Source: an uncultured Parachlamydiaceae bacterium
GTDB lineage: Bacteria > Chlamydiota > Chlamydiia > Chlamydiales > Parachlamydiaceae
Length of the DNA: 64,000 nucleotides
Reading direction: 5' to 3'
Assembly: GCA_963752155.1 (NCBI GenBank)
Contig: CAVVXH010000011.1
Span: forward strand, 160,001 to 224,000
Positions 1 to 9,025 of this stretch are shown here, one piece after another; the first letter of the stretch is position 1; every line of letters begins with the position of its first letter. Under the pieces are notes generated by a model. That model had not been told where the DNA came from. It searched no databases and was given only the letters and a program-made list of their open reading frames with translations. Made by a program: the position numbers and the translations under genes.

Positions 1-85
1 GGGAGTTTGACGTTACCCAGCCTTCGCTTAGCCCTCTGGGACTTGTTTTACTAAAATAGGTCATCATTCTGCTATGCGGTAAATG

Positions 86-140
86 GGTCAGGCACCAATG
101 GCAAGGCGAGTTAAAAATTTTAGGCAAATGTCTCGCTTTG
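86..140. repeat. Degenerate right end of palindromic element family A
   Basis: ggtcaggcaccaatggcaaggcg...ggcaaatgtctcgctttg matches the right arm of the elements at 8010-8391 and 10454-10859. Confidence 0.8.
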
Positions 141-246
141 CCTAAGCTTTTTACTTAGTGCTAATAATAATATTGCAATATATCTCAATTTAATATATGA
201 TTATATTAAAAGTATCTATTTTAAAAAAACAACAAAAAGGAACACC

Positions 247-1125
247 ATGAAACGAATTGGTAACATCTATGGCGAAGTAGAACCTCACGTCGAATTAAAA
301 CCATTTAATTCTGAGCCTGCTCAAAACCAATCTATAATTGAACGCATTCCAAAAGAATTAATTAATGATATTATATTCAAAAGCATAGAAGATGTCGTTA
401 AATTTAAATTAATTCGTGAAATTATACAGAACTGTAGACAGGTTTCTAAGAAATGGAAAAATTACGCAGAAAAAGCTTCAACCATTTACGTAAATAATAA
501 AGTGGCCCCAGACTTTCACATTCTTCGTTGGATATATGGAGAAAATTTAGAAGATTTTTTAAAACGAAAAGGTGATGAAATTACTTACTATGACCCAACG
601 GACTATGATGGAGAAAGTGTAGAATGTGGGGATAAATTTATTAATACTGTATTGAAATTGCCAAATCTTAGCGACATTAGGCTACCAGAAGATTTTGATG
701 AGGAATTCATAATTGATTGGGTGGATGCTCAATGTCCAGACTTAAAATTCCCAGACTTAAAATTTCCAAACTTAGAATGTCCAAACTTAAAATCCATCCA
801 AAGAATGGAGCTTTATTGTTCTTTTCCAAAAGAAACGTTTGAATTAATAAATTCATCATTCCCTAATCTTAAACATCTTGTGTTAAATAACAGTAATAGA
901 ATTGATTTAAATGCTATTACATGTTTAAAAAAACTTGAAAAGCTGGAGATTGGACAAACTCTTGAAACATCAGATTGTACTTTCATTACAGATAATTTCC
1001 TAAAATTAAAAGTTTTAACAGCTAATAGCAAATTAGGTGATGAAAACATATCTGTTTTTACGAATTGTAAGAGATTTGATAAAATAGAAAAATTAGAACT
1101 TAAAATGAATATCTTTTTTAAATGA
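247..1125 (+). CDS. F-box-like plus leucine-rich-repeat protein, candidate effector
   Basis: IERIPKELINDIIF...CRQVSKKWKNYA is F-box-like; LPNLSDIRL, FPNLKHLVL and LKKLEKLEI are LRR-like; very AT-rich. Confidence 0.65.
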   Translation: MKRIGNIYGEVEPHVELKPFNSEPAQNQSIIERIPKELINDIIFKSIEDVVKFKLIREIIQNCRQVSKKWKNYAEKASTIYVNNKVAPDFHILRWIYGENLEDFLKRKGDEITYYDPTDYDGESVECGDKFINTVLKLPNLSDIRLPEDFDEEFIIDWVDAQCPDLKFPDLKFPNLECPNLKSIQRMELYCSFPKETFELINSSFPNLKHLVLNNSNRIDLNAITCLKKLEKLEIGQTLETSDCTFITDNFLKLKVLTANSKLGDENISVFTNCKRFDKIEKLELKMNIFFK

Positions 1126-1132
1126 AATCACC

Positions 1133-1216
1133 AAGCGAGACAGTTGTCTGCGGCCTCCCCTATCGGAGAATTACAAATTTTTAAAGCGCCTTGCCATTCC
1201 AATGGCAAGGCGCTTT
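1133..1216. repeat. Family A left end ending in a collapsed hairpin; probable terminator between convergent genes
   Basis: aagcgagacagttgtctgcggc... followed by aaagcgccttgccatt-cc-aatggcaaggcgcttt. Confidence 0.8.
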
Positions 1217-1251
1217 TCTTAAAAAAGCGAATTTGTTATTTATAGATCTTT

Positions 1252-3678
1252 TTATCTACTTACTTTCCAAATTTTGGAGGCATATTCTCGAATAGAGCGA
1301 TCCGAAGAAAATTTTCCTATTCTAGCTAAATTGAGAATCGACTTACGCGTCCACTCTTCTTGATTACGATAAGCTGCATCCACAGAATCTTGACAATGCA
1401 CATAAGAGGCAAAATCAGCTAAAACCATATAGGAATCACGATAAATAAGAGAATCAACAATGGGCCCAAACAAATGTGGATCATTAGGCGAGAAAAAGCC
1501 CGAATTTAATACCTCTAACACTCCAGCCAACTCTTCATTTTTATCGATATACTCGCGTGGATTATATCCCCTAAATTGCAAATCGTGAATTTCATCTATC
1601 GTCATCCCGAAGAGAAAAAAGTTTTCCGGTCCCACACTTTCACGAATTTCTATGTTTGCACCATCTAGTGTGCCGATAGTTAGAGCTCCATTCATAGCAA
1701 ACTTCATGTTCCCTGTCCCTGAAGCCTCCTTGCCTGCAGTAGAAATCTGCTCTGACAAATTAGCCGCAGGATAAATCGTCTGTCCATTTTTCACATTGAA
1801 ATCTGGAAAGAATACAACTTTCATACGACCTGCTACATCCGGATCATTATTGACGATTATAGCCACGTGATTGATAAGCCTAATGATCAATTTAGCCAAG
1901 AAATAGCTTGGGGCTGCTTTACCTCCAAAAATAAAAGTGCGTGGCACAATCTCTAAAGCTGGATTTTTTTTCACTCTTAAGTATCTGGCGATAATATGAA
2001 GAACGTTTAAATGCTGTCGCTTATACTCATGTATCCGCTTAACCTGAACATCAAAAAGAGAATTCGGATCGACAATGATCCCGTTTTGTTTATAAATAAG
2101 TTGTGCAAGTTGTTCTTTATTTTCTTGCTTAATTCTTTGCCAGGTACTGCGGAAAGCCGCATCCTCTGCAAAGGGTTCAATTTTTATAATTTCCTCCTCC
2201 ATGTTGCAGATCCAACGATCCCCTATCGATGAGGTGATAAGTTCTGCTAGACGAGGATTACTTAGCAACAACCAACGTCGAGGAGTAACGCCATTTGTGA
2301 TATTAAAAAATTTCTCTGGAGACAACTGATAGAAGTCTTTCAAGACATCTTTCTTAAGGAGCTCTGTATGTAACTGCGCAACCCCATTGACAGCATGGCT
2401 TCCAATGCACGCTAAGTTAGCCATCCGAATATATTTTTCCCCTTCTTCATCTATGATAGAAATCTTTCTGATTTTTTCATTGCTTAATTCTTTAAACTGG
2501 CTCAGAAAACGATGATTGATTTCAAAAATAATTTGCAAATGACGAGGTAAAAGATCTTGAAATAATGGGAGCGGCCATTTTTCAAGAGCTTCTGGAAGAA
2601 GAGTATGATTTGTATAAGCAAATGTTTTTTGAGTAATCTCCCAAGCCTCATCCCAATCCATTTTATATTTATCAATAAAAAGACGCATTAATTCGGCTAT
2701 TGCAATGGAAGGATGGGTGTCGTTAAGTTGAACGGCATAATGTTCGTGGAAAGATTTCAAGTTGTAACCACGCATAAAATGAACACGAATCATGTCTTGT
2801 AATGAACATGAAACAAAAAAATACTGTTGTTCTAGGCGTAGGCGTTTGCCTGCAGCAGCTTGATCATTAGGGTAGAGAACCTTTGTAATATTTTCTGAAT
2901 TAATTTTTTCCTCTACAGCAGCCCAATAAGCCCCTACATTAAAAGCTTGGAAATCAAAAGCATCCGTAGCTTCGGCTTTCCAAAGGCGAAGTAAATTTAC
3001 AACATCGATCTTATATCCTGTTACAGGAACATCGCAGGCAATGCCAAGAACGGTTCTTGAAGGCTTCCAAATATTGCCCTCCACATGACCTCCAAAACTT
3101 ACATTAAATGAAATTTCTGGATGAATAATCTCCCAAGGATTCGCAAAATGAAGCCAATGATCAGCCATTTCGATTTGTTTTCCGTCTTGGATAGTTTGTT
3201 TAAAGATTCCGAATTCATAGCGGATCCCATATCCAACAGCGAGGATACCTAAAGAAGCCAATGAATCCAAAAAGCAAGCTGCAAGTCGTCCTAATCCTCC
3301 ATTTCCCAACCCTGGTTCATGTTCCCGTTGAGCTAGCAGATCAAAATCTTGTCCTAGGTTATTCACAGCTGCGCGCATTTCTTTAACGAGATTTAAATTG
3401 ATGACATTGCTTAGTAACTGGGGACCGATGAGAAATTCGGCTGAAAGATAGCTTACAGATTTTTTATCGGAGGAGAGATATTCTTCAATGGTATTCATCC
3501 AACGGTAAAGGATTCTATCCCGTACGGTATAAGCTACAGCCATATACCAGTCATTGGGAGTTGCCGTTGCGTTGACCCTACCACCCAATAAATTGAGATT
3601 ATCGAGAATTGCTTGTTCAATTTCAGCAATAGAAATGCCGGTTCGGATATTCTCAACGACTCTTTCTTTTGGTTTCAT
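1252..3678 (-). CDS. glgP: Glycogen/maltodextrin phosphorylase
   Basis: LGNGGLGRLAACF, QLNDTHP and EASGTGNMKF (PLP lysine) motifs; 808 aa. Confidence 0.97.
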   Translation of the reverse strand: MKPKERVVENIRTGISIAEIEQAILDNLNLLGGRVNATATPNDWYMAVAYTVRDRILYRWMNTIEEYLSSDKKSVSYLSAEFLIGPQLLSNVINLNLVKEMRAAVNNLGQDFDLLAQREHEPGLGNGGLGRLAACFLDSLASLGILAVGYGIRYEFGIFKQTIQDGKQIEMADHWLHFANPWEIIHPEISFNVSFGGHVEGNIWKPSRTVLGIACDVPVTGYKIDVVNLLRLWKAEATDAFDFQAFNVGAYWAAVEEKINSENITKVLYPNDQAAAGKRLRLEQQYFFVSCSLQDMIRVHFMRGYNLKSFHEHYAVQLNDTHPSIAIAELMRLFIDKYKMDWDEAWEITQKTFAYTNHTLLPEALEKWPLPLFQDLLPRHLQIIFEINHRFLSQFKELSNEKIRKISIIDEEGEKYIRMANLACIGSHAVNGVAQLHTELLKKDVLKDFYQLSPEKFFNITNGVTPRRWLLLSNPRLAELITSSIGDRWICNMEEEIIKIEPFAEDAAFRSTWQRIKQENKEQLAQLIYKQNGIIVDPNSLFDVQVKRIHEYKRQHLNVLHIIARYLRVKKNPALEIVPRTFIFGGKAAPSYFLAKLIIRLINHVAIIVNNDPDVAGRMKVVFFPDFNVKNGQTIYPAANLSEQISTAGKEASGTGNMKFAMNGALTIGTLDGANIEIRESVGPENFFLFGMTIDEIHDLQFRGYNPREYIDKNEELAGVLEVLNSGFFSPNDPHLFGPIVDSLIYRDSYMVLADFASYVHCQDSVDAAYRNQEEWTRKSILNLARIGKFSSDRSIREYASKIWKVSR

Positions 3679-3766
3679 GCTATATCCACCTTTTTTTCAG
3701 AGACTAATTCTTTATGTTGTTCATAGCAGACCTTGCATTTAGTTACAAAGTATCTATAAGAAAAGA

Positions 3767-3886
3767 CAGCAGTTCCCGCTAATTTTCGTGCCCGTGCCCG
3801 TGCCCGAAAATTAGTAAAATCTACGAAATTTTTCGGGCACGGGCACGGGCACGCACACGGGCACGAAAGTTTAGCGAGAACTGCTG
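3767..3886. repeat. Palindromic element family D (GTGCCC/GGGCAC inverted micro-arrays)
   Basis: cagcagttcccgctaa...ttagcgagaactgctg terminal inverted repeat; near-identical copy at 63343-63454. Confidence 0.9.
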
Positions 3887-4003
3887 AGCAAATTGCAGCA
3901 AATCCGCAAATCTGCAATTTGCTGCAATAAAATCCCAAACAAAATGCTTGCAGCAAATTGTAGATTTCTGTTTTACTGCAAGAAATCACCTATTAGAGCT
4001 TTT

Positions 4004-5431
4004 ATGGTTATTCAACGAACCTTCATTGGACGAGAACGAGAACTCAATCTTCTCCAAGGTCTTCTGCATGATCGCGTTGCCAGCTTAGTCATCATTAAAG
4101 GCAGGCGGCGAATTGGGAAATCGCGCTTGATCGAAGAATTTACTAAATCCTATAGGTCCATTGACCTCATTGGCCTTGCTCCAGAAACAAAAATAACAGC
4201 TACGCAACAACGGCAACATTTTGCCAATGCCCTGGAACAACAATCAGAATTACGTGGTCTGAAAGCAGATGATTGGGATCATCTATTTGCTAATTTAGCG
4301 AGTATCACATCGCACGGAAGAGTTGTACTTGTATTCGATAAAATCAACTGGATGGGTTCTAAAGATCCAACTTTCCTACCCAAGCTTAAAAGTGCATGGG
4401 ATAGATATTTCTCAAAAAATCCCGAACTTATTTTGATCTTAAGTGGTTCCGTATCCACATGGATAGAAGAAAATATCCTTGCTAGCACCGGTTTTTTTGG
4501 TCGTATTAATTTAACTCTAACTCTGGATGAACTTTCCTTACCTGAATGTTCCCGTTTTTGGGGATCTCATGGAAATCGAGTCTCTAGTTTTGAAAAATTC
4601 AAAGTCCTTTGCGTTACCGGTGGTATTCCAAGATATCTTGAATTGATTCGCCCAAATATGACTGCTGAACAAAATATCGAGAGACTTTGTTTCAGCAAAG
4701 AAGGAATATTGTTTACCGAATTTGACAAAATCTTTTCTGATGTTTTTTCAAAAAGAGCACAAACTTACAAAAAAATCGTCGAAAAACTTACCTATGGATC
4801 CGCAAACCAAGAAACAATTATAGAAAGTCTAGGATATTCCTCCTCTAGCGGAGGGATCGCAGAATATCTCAATGATCTCGTTGAAACCGGCTATTTAGCT
4901 CGCGACTATACATGGCATATCGAATCAGGACACCAAGCGAAATTAAGCAATTATCGATTACGCGATAATTATTTACGGTTTTACTTGCGTTACATAGAGC
5001 CCATGAAAGCAGCAGTAGAACGGATGGGAAGCATAAAGCCTCCCCAATGGTCAACCATCATGGGATTACAATTTGAAAATCTTGTACTGAACCACCGAAG
5101 GAAAATTTATACTACCTTAAATATCCCTGAAGAAGAGATCGTCTATGATAACCCATTTTTTCAAAAACCCAGTAAAGGAAAACAGGGATGTCAATTAGAT
5201 TTATTAATTCAAACGAAATTTAACACCCTTTATTTATGTGAAATTAAATTTTCTAAGTCGCCGATTGAGAGTTCTATAATTAATGAAATTGAAGATAAAA
5301 TTAAAAAATTTAAAATTCCGTCAGGATTTTCTATAAGACCTGTGCTCATCACGGTGAATGGTGTCACTGATTGCGTCGAAGAGTCCGGTTTTTTTTCTAG
5401 AATTATAAATTTTAGCGAAATGCTGATGTGA
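4004..5431 (+). CDS. Archaeal-type AAA ATPase with C-terminal PD-(D/E)XK-like domain
   Basis: FIGRERE, Walker A GRRRIGKS, TGGIPRYL, and QLDLL...LCEIK; start moved to the ATG at 4004 because the ORF-track extension runs through repeats. Confidence 0.85.
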   Translation: MVIQRTFIGRERELNLLQGLLHDRVASLVIIKGRRRIGKSRLIEEFTKSYRSIDLIGLAPETKITATQQRQHFANALEQQSELRGLKADDWDHLFANLASITSHGRVVLVFDKINWMGSKDPTFLPKLKSAWDRYFSKNPELILILSGSVSTWIEENILASTGFFGRINLTLTLDELSLPECSRFWGSHGNRVSSFEKFKVLCVTGGIPRYLELIRPNMTAEQNIERLCFSKEGILFTEFDKIFSDVFSKRAQTYKKIVEKLTYGSANQETIIESLGYSSSSGGIAEYLNDLVETGYLARDYTWHIESGHQAKLSNYRLRDNYLRFYLRYIEPMKAAVERMGSIKPPQWSTIMGLQFENLVLNHRRKIYTTLNIPEEEIVYDNPFFQKPSKGKQGCQLDLLIQTKFNTLYLCEIKFSKSPIESSIINEIEDKIKKFKIPSGFSIRPVLITVNGVTDCVEESGFFSRIINFSEMLM

Positions 5432-5435
5432 ATTT

Positions 5436-5720
5436 AAGACGGCAAGGACAACAAGGACAACAGATGACAAAGACATGAAAGATAATTCAAAAATTTATGA
5501 GGATAGGTCTATATCGTTGTTGTCCTTGTTGTCCTTGCCGTCCTTGTTGTCCTTGTTGTCCTTGTCGTCCTTGTTGTCCTTGTCGTCCTTGTTGTCCTTG
5601 TTGTCCTTGCCGTCCTTGTTGTCCTTGTTGTCCTTGTTGTCCTTGTTGTCCTTGTTGTCCTTGTTGTCCTTGTTGTCCTTGTTGTCCTTGCCGTCCTTGT
5701 TGTCCTTGCCGTCCTTGCCA
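5436..5720. repeat. Family E: head-to-head 9-mer arrays (AAGGACAAC / GTTGTCCTT)
   Basis: Short left array at 5436-5474 and about 22 units on the right at 5516-5719; lies between convergent genes. Confidence 0.95.
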
Positions 5721-5723
5721 TCA

Positions 5724-6416
5724 CTACAACATTCCCACTTTCCGAAGAGCATTCGCTAATTCAAGATTTTCAGGCTTCTCAAAGGCTCCATTCTTGGCAA
5801 GCCAGCACACATAGTCCTTGGGAAGTTTTTTGAGAGGAACCCCTTGATGCTTACCAAAAGGCATGTGCTGAAGATCTCTTGGTTGATTGAGCAAATCATA
5901 GACTTGAGAAATAGACAGATCATCTGTCATCGCAACAAAGAGTTGATGCAAGACAATCACGTCATCTAAGGCTCTATGGGCATTATTGGCAGCAATGCCA
6001 TACATCTCTCGCAGAAATTGCAACGTATGACGTGGAAGGTCTTTTCGATAGCGCCTAGCCCACTTCAAACTATCGACAAATTTCCACTCCGGAAATTTAA
6101 AATCGTGACGAGCAGATTCATTACGCAAAAAAAGCATATCGAATGTGTCATTGTTATGGGCAATAAGGATTGCATCTTCCCCACAAAACTCTGCAAATTG
6201 TTGTCCAATCTCTTTAAAAGTGGGCTGATCAGCAACCATCTCGTTGGAAATCCCGTGAATGGCAGAAGCCTCTGAAGGTATAGGTATTCCCGGATTAACA
6301 AGCATTTCAAATGTCTTTTCGAGAACCGGATCATAGGCTGCAATTTCAACGATGCGGTCACGATCCGGACGCACGCCTGTCGTTTCAGTATCATAGTAAA
6401 TGGGTCTTTGTTTCAT
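5724..6416 (-). CDS. DnaQ-like DEDDh 3'-5' exonuclease with C-terminal MPFGKH (DUF3820-like) domain
   Basis: YYDTETTG, LIAHN..FD and HRALDD motifs; likely start MKQRPIYY. Confidence 0.9.
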   Translation of the reverse strand: MKQRPIYYDTETTGVRPDRDRIVEIAAYDPVLEKTFEMLVNPGIPIPSEASAIHGISNEMVADQPTFKEIGQQFAEFCGEDAILIAHNNDTFDMLFLRNESARHDFKFPEWKFVDSLKWARRYRKDLPRHTLQFLREMYGIAANNAHRALDDVIVLHQLFVAMTDDLSISQVYDLLNQPRDLQHMPFGKHQGVPLKKLPKDYVCWLAKNGAFEKPENLELANALRKVGML

Positions 6417-6417
6417 C

Positions 6418-7881
6418 TCATCCACATCCAACTTCATGCTCAATAGGACTCAGTGCTCGTCCAACTAAATCATAGTCGGCAACATCTGTGATTTCAACCA
6501 TATATCTTTTTCCAAAGGCTTTTACAGCCCGTCCATCATTAATGATAATCATCCCATCTATATCCGGACATTGCCCCTTATAACGTGCTCGCATCAACAA
6601 CGGAGATTCAGGATGATATCCTTCAATGACTGCTTCAATTTTTCTTCCGATAACGGCTTTATTTCGTTTTTTAACGATCTTCTTCTGAATTTGCATAAGC
6701 CGATGATATCGCTTTTCCTTAATCTCTTCAGGTATTTGATTTTCTAGATGATAAGAATGTGATTTCGGTTCTCTAGAGTACTTAAAGACACCAATATTAT
6801 CCAAAGGGTATTTTTGCACAAACTCGGCCAGTTCATTAAATTGCTCCTCAGTCTCTCCAGGAAATCCTACGATTAAACTTGTACGGATAACCACATCGGG
6901 TACAGATGATCGCAACTTTTCAATTGTAGAAATGATATCTTCACGCGATGTGGTTCGGTGCATGGCCTTCAACATCTCATTGTTGATATGTTGGATTGGC
7001 ATGTCAAGATATGGACAAATTCTTTTATCGCTTTTAATTAAAGCAATAAGCTCATCAGTGATCTCATCAGGATAGAGGTACAATAGCCTTAGCCAAAAAG
7101 GCTTCTCAACAGTCAACATAGCCTTAATCAATTCTACGAGGGCTTGTAAGTTCTTGGAACCTCGATCTCTTCCATAATCTCCAAGATCTTGTGCAATCAG
7201 GATCACCTCTTCCACTCCCTGATCGAGAAGCATCTTAAATTCCTTTAAGATTTGCTCTTGACTTTTGCTCTTTAGAGGACCTTTGATCGCAGGAATAATA
7301 CAATAGCTGCATCGTTTACGACACCCTTCTGCAATCTTCAGATAGGCGTAATGTTTTGGAGTCGAAAGTTGTCGCGGCACCTCACCGGCTTCGAGATAGC
7401 TTCTCGCACGTGTGATTTGCTCCCCTTGCTGTGTCGATTCAACGGCTTTTAAGATCCCCTCGATATCACCTGAACCAAGGAAGTAGTCCACTTTGGGAAA
7501 GGCATTTTTGATCTCATCACTATGCGTTTGCACCATGCATCCAGTCACAATCAGTTTTGCAGAAGGTTTTTTCTCTGCGAGCGTATTTTCAATCGTTTCC
7601 ATCGATTCAGTTCGTGAAGCATCCAGAAATCCACAAGTATTAATGACTAAATAATCTGCATTAGAAAGTTCAGGAGCAACTTCATATCCGGCTTTAAGCA
7701 GAATCCCAAGCATCACCTCACTATCCACAAGATTACGTGGGCATCCTAGGCTAATAAAATAAATCTTATTTCCAGCCAGATCAAATTGAATGGTTCCATC
7801 TGAAGCCTGATTTAGCAGAGGGGCATCGCTCTGAGGTGGAAGTGTATTTTCTTCACCAGATTCTTTATAAATGCGCAACAT
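6418..7881 (-). CDS. rimO: Ribosomal protein S12 methylthiotransferase
   Basis: SLGCPRNLVDSE, INTCGF, radical-SAM EGCRKRCSYC, C-terminal TRAM-like region. Confidence 0.95.
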   Translation of the reverse strand: MLRIYKESGEENTLPPQSDAPLLNQASDGTIQFDLAGNKIYFISLGCPRNLVDSEVMLGILLKAGYEVAPELSNADYLVINTCGFLDASRTESMETIENTLAEKKPSAKLIVTGCMVQTHSDEIKNAFPKVDYFLGSGDIEGILKAVESTQQGEQITRARSYLEAGEVPRQLSTPKHYAYLKIAEGCRKRCSYCIIPAIKGPLKSKSQEQILKEFKMLLDQGVEEVILIAQDLGDYGRDRGSKNLQALVELIKAMLTVEKPFWLRLLYLYPDEITDELIALIKSDKRICPYLDMPIQHINNEMLKAMHRTTSREDIISTIEKLRSSVPDVVIRTSLIVGFPGETEEQFNELAEFVQKYPLDNIGVFKYSREPKSHSYHLENQIPEEIKEKRYHRLMQIQKKIVKKRNKAVIGRKIEAVIEGYHPESPLLMRARYKGQCPDIDGMIIINDGRAVKAFGKRYMVEITDVADYDLVGRALSPIEHEVGCG

Positions 7882-7967
7882 AACAGTTCGTCTCCTTTTT
7901 GAACGACTTCATTATATGCGAGAAATAAATATAATTCAAGTCTAGAAATGGTCAAAACCAAGGAAAA

Positions 7968-8397
7968 TGCTGCGATATTAGGGTGTGAAGTATAGGAAAA
8001 AATTAAACGCAAAGCGAGACAGTTGCCTGCGGCGCCCCCTATCGGGAAATAACAGATTTTTAAAGCGCCTTGCCATTGGTGCCTGACCTGATATTCTGAC
8101 ATTTGCCTACAATGATAACGTAACCTCTCAGGAGGGCAAATGTCAGAATATCAGGTCTGGAACCAAGCCTAAACGTTACCCCAGTCAGAATTTAGTATCT
8201 TGTTATTAATTGAAAACGACGCTTTTTTCAGTTGCGTAAATCTTGGAGGTAACGTTCCAGCCTTGGTTCCAGACCTGACATTCTGACATTTGCCCATTAG
8301 GAAGCAATGTTATCGCATCGGCAAATGTCAGAATATCAGGTCAGGCACCAATGGCAAGGCGCTTTAAAGCCACGGCAACTGTCTCGCTTTGTGTTTA
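7968..8397. mobile_element. Nested palindromic MITE/REPIN-like element (family A) preceded by a family C shell arm
   Basis: caaagcgagacagttgcc...ggcaactgtctcgctttg at 8010-8391 with internal inverted repeats; 7968-8014 matches the arms of 61385-61579. Confidence 0.8.
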
Positions 8398-8404
8398 AAA
8401 CGAG

Positions 8405-8968
8405 CTATTTGATGGTAATACTATCAAAGAAATAGTCTCGACGATTTTCATCTGCATCATCTGTAGCCATTTTAATTAAACGATCTTCTGTAGATAAAAA
8501 ACGCCAAAAAGTTGTACTTGCTCCATCTATAGGCGTAAGGTCCACAACATACTTAGCTCCAAATTTTTTCGGATTGACTTCTGAAACTACAAGGTCAGAA
8601 TTAGCATCTTGAATCATTTTCAAAAACTTTTTTGCTGACTTAGGAGGGGTAAATCCTGAATTAAAACTCGTTGTGATCACATATCCTGCATCCCCAACTT
8701 CACCATAGAGGGATGCAAGACCATTTGTAAGCTGCGTAGATTGATAATTTGGAAGTCGAGCCTGGAGATACAAATCATTCATATCGTAATAGACTAAACT
8801 CCAAGAAGTCTCCTCGAAGAAAATCGGGTCCCCTTTTTCCCCCATCCCCCAGCTTCCAAGTAGGAGGTCTGCGCTAGAGCTGTTAGCGTTAATAATAGAA
8901 ACACGCTCTTCAATTTTGAGCAAAAAATCTGACACATAGACTTGGATATATTCATTGCCTTTCCTCAT
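8405..8968 (-). CDS. Hypothetical protein
   Basis: 187-aa ORF with ordinary composition and no recognised motif. Confidence 0.55.
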   Translation of the reverse strand: MRKGNEYIQVYVSDFLLKIEERVSIINANSSSADLLLGSWGMGEKGDPIFFEETSWSLVYYDMNDLYLQARLPNYQSTQLTNGLASLYGEVGDAGYVITTSFNSGFTPPKSAKKFLKMIQDANSDLVVSEVNPKKFGAKYVVDLTPIDGASTTFWRFLSTEDRLIKMATDDADENRRDYFFDSITIK

Positions 8969-9025
8969 TAAAGGGTTTTGAGGAAAGACTAACAGATCAT
9001 CTAATTTTTGAGATAGTAAATTTTA

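Noticed and set aside
3675..3989. 104-aa ORF and the N-terminal extension of the ATPase ORF from 3893
   Set aside because: Both are translations of family D and adjacent repeats, with no SD or protein-like features.
5475..5814. Four overlapping low-complexity ORFs (SLL, DNK, CCP and RTT repeats), including a metallothionein-looking one
   Set aside because: They are by-products of a stop-free 9-mer array. The same unit occurs at non-coding sites, and the ORFs overlap the exonuclease gene.
7812..8102. Short ORFs over palindromic elements (also 17807-17989, 61312-61563 and 63278-63490)
   Set aside because: They lie within repeats and have no independent coding evidence.
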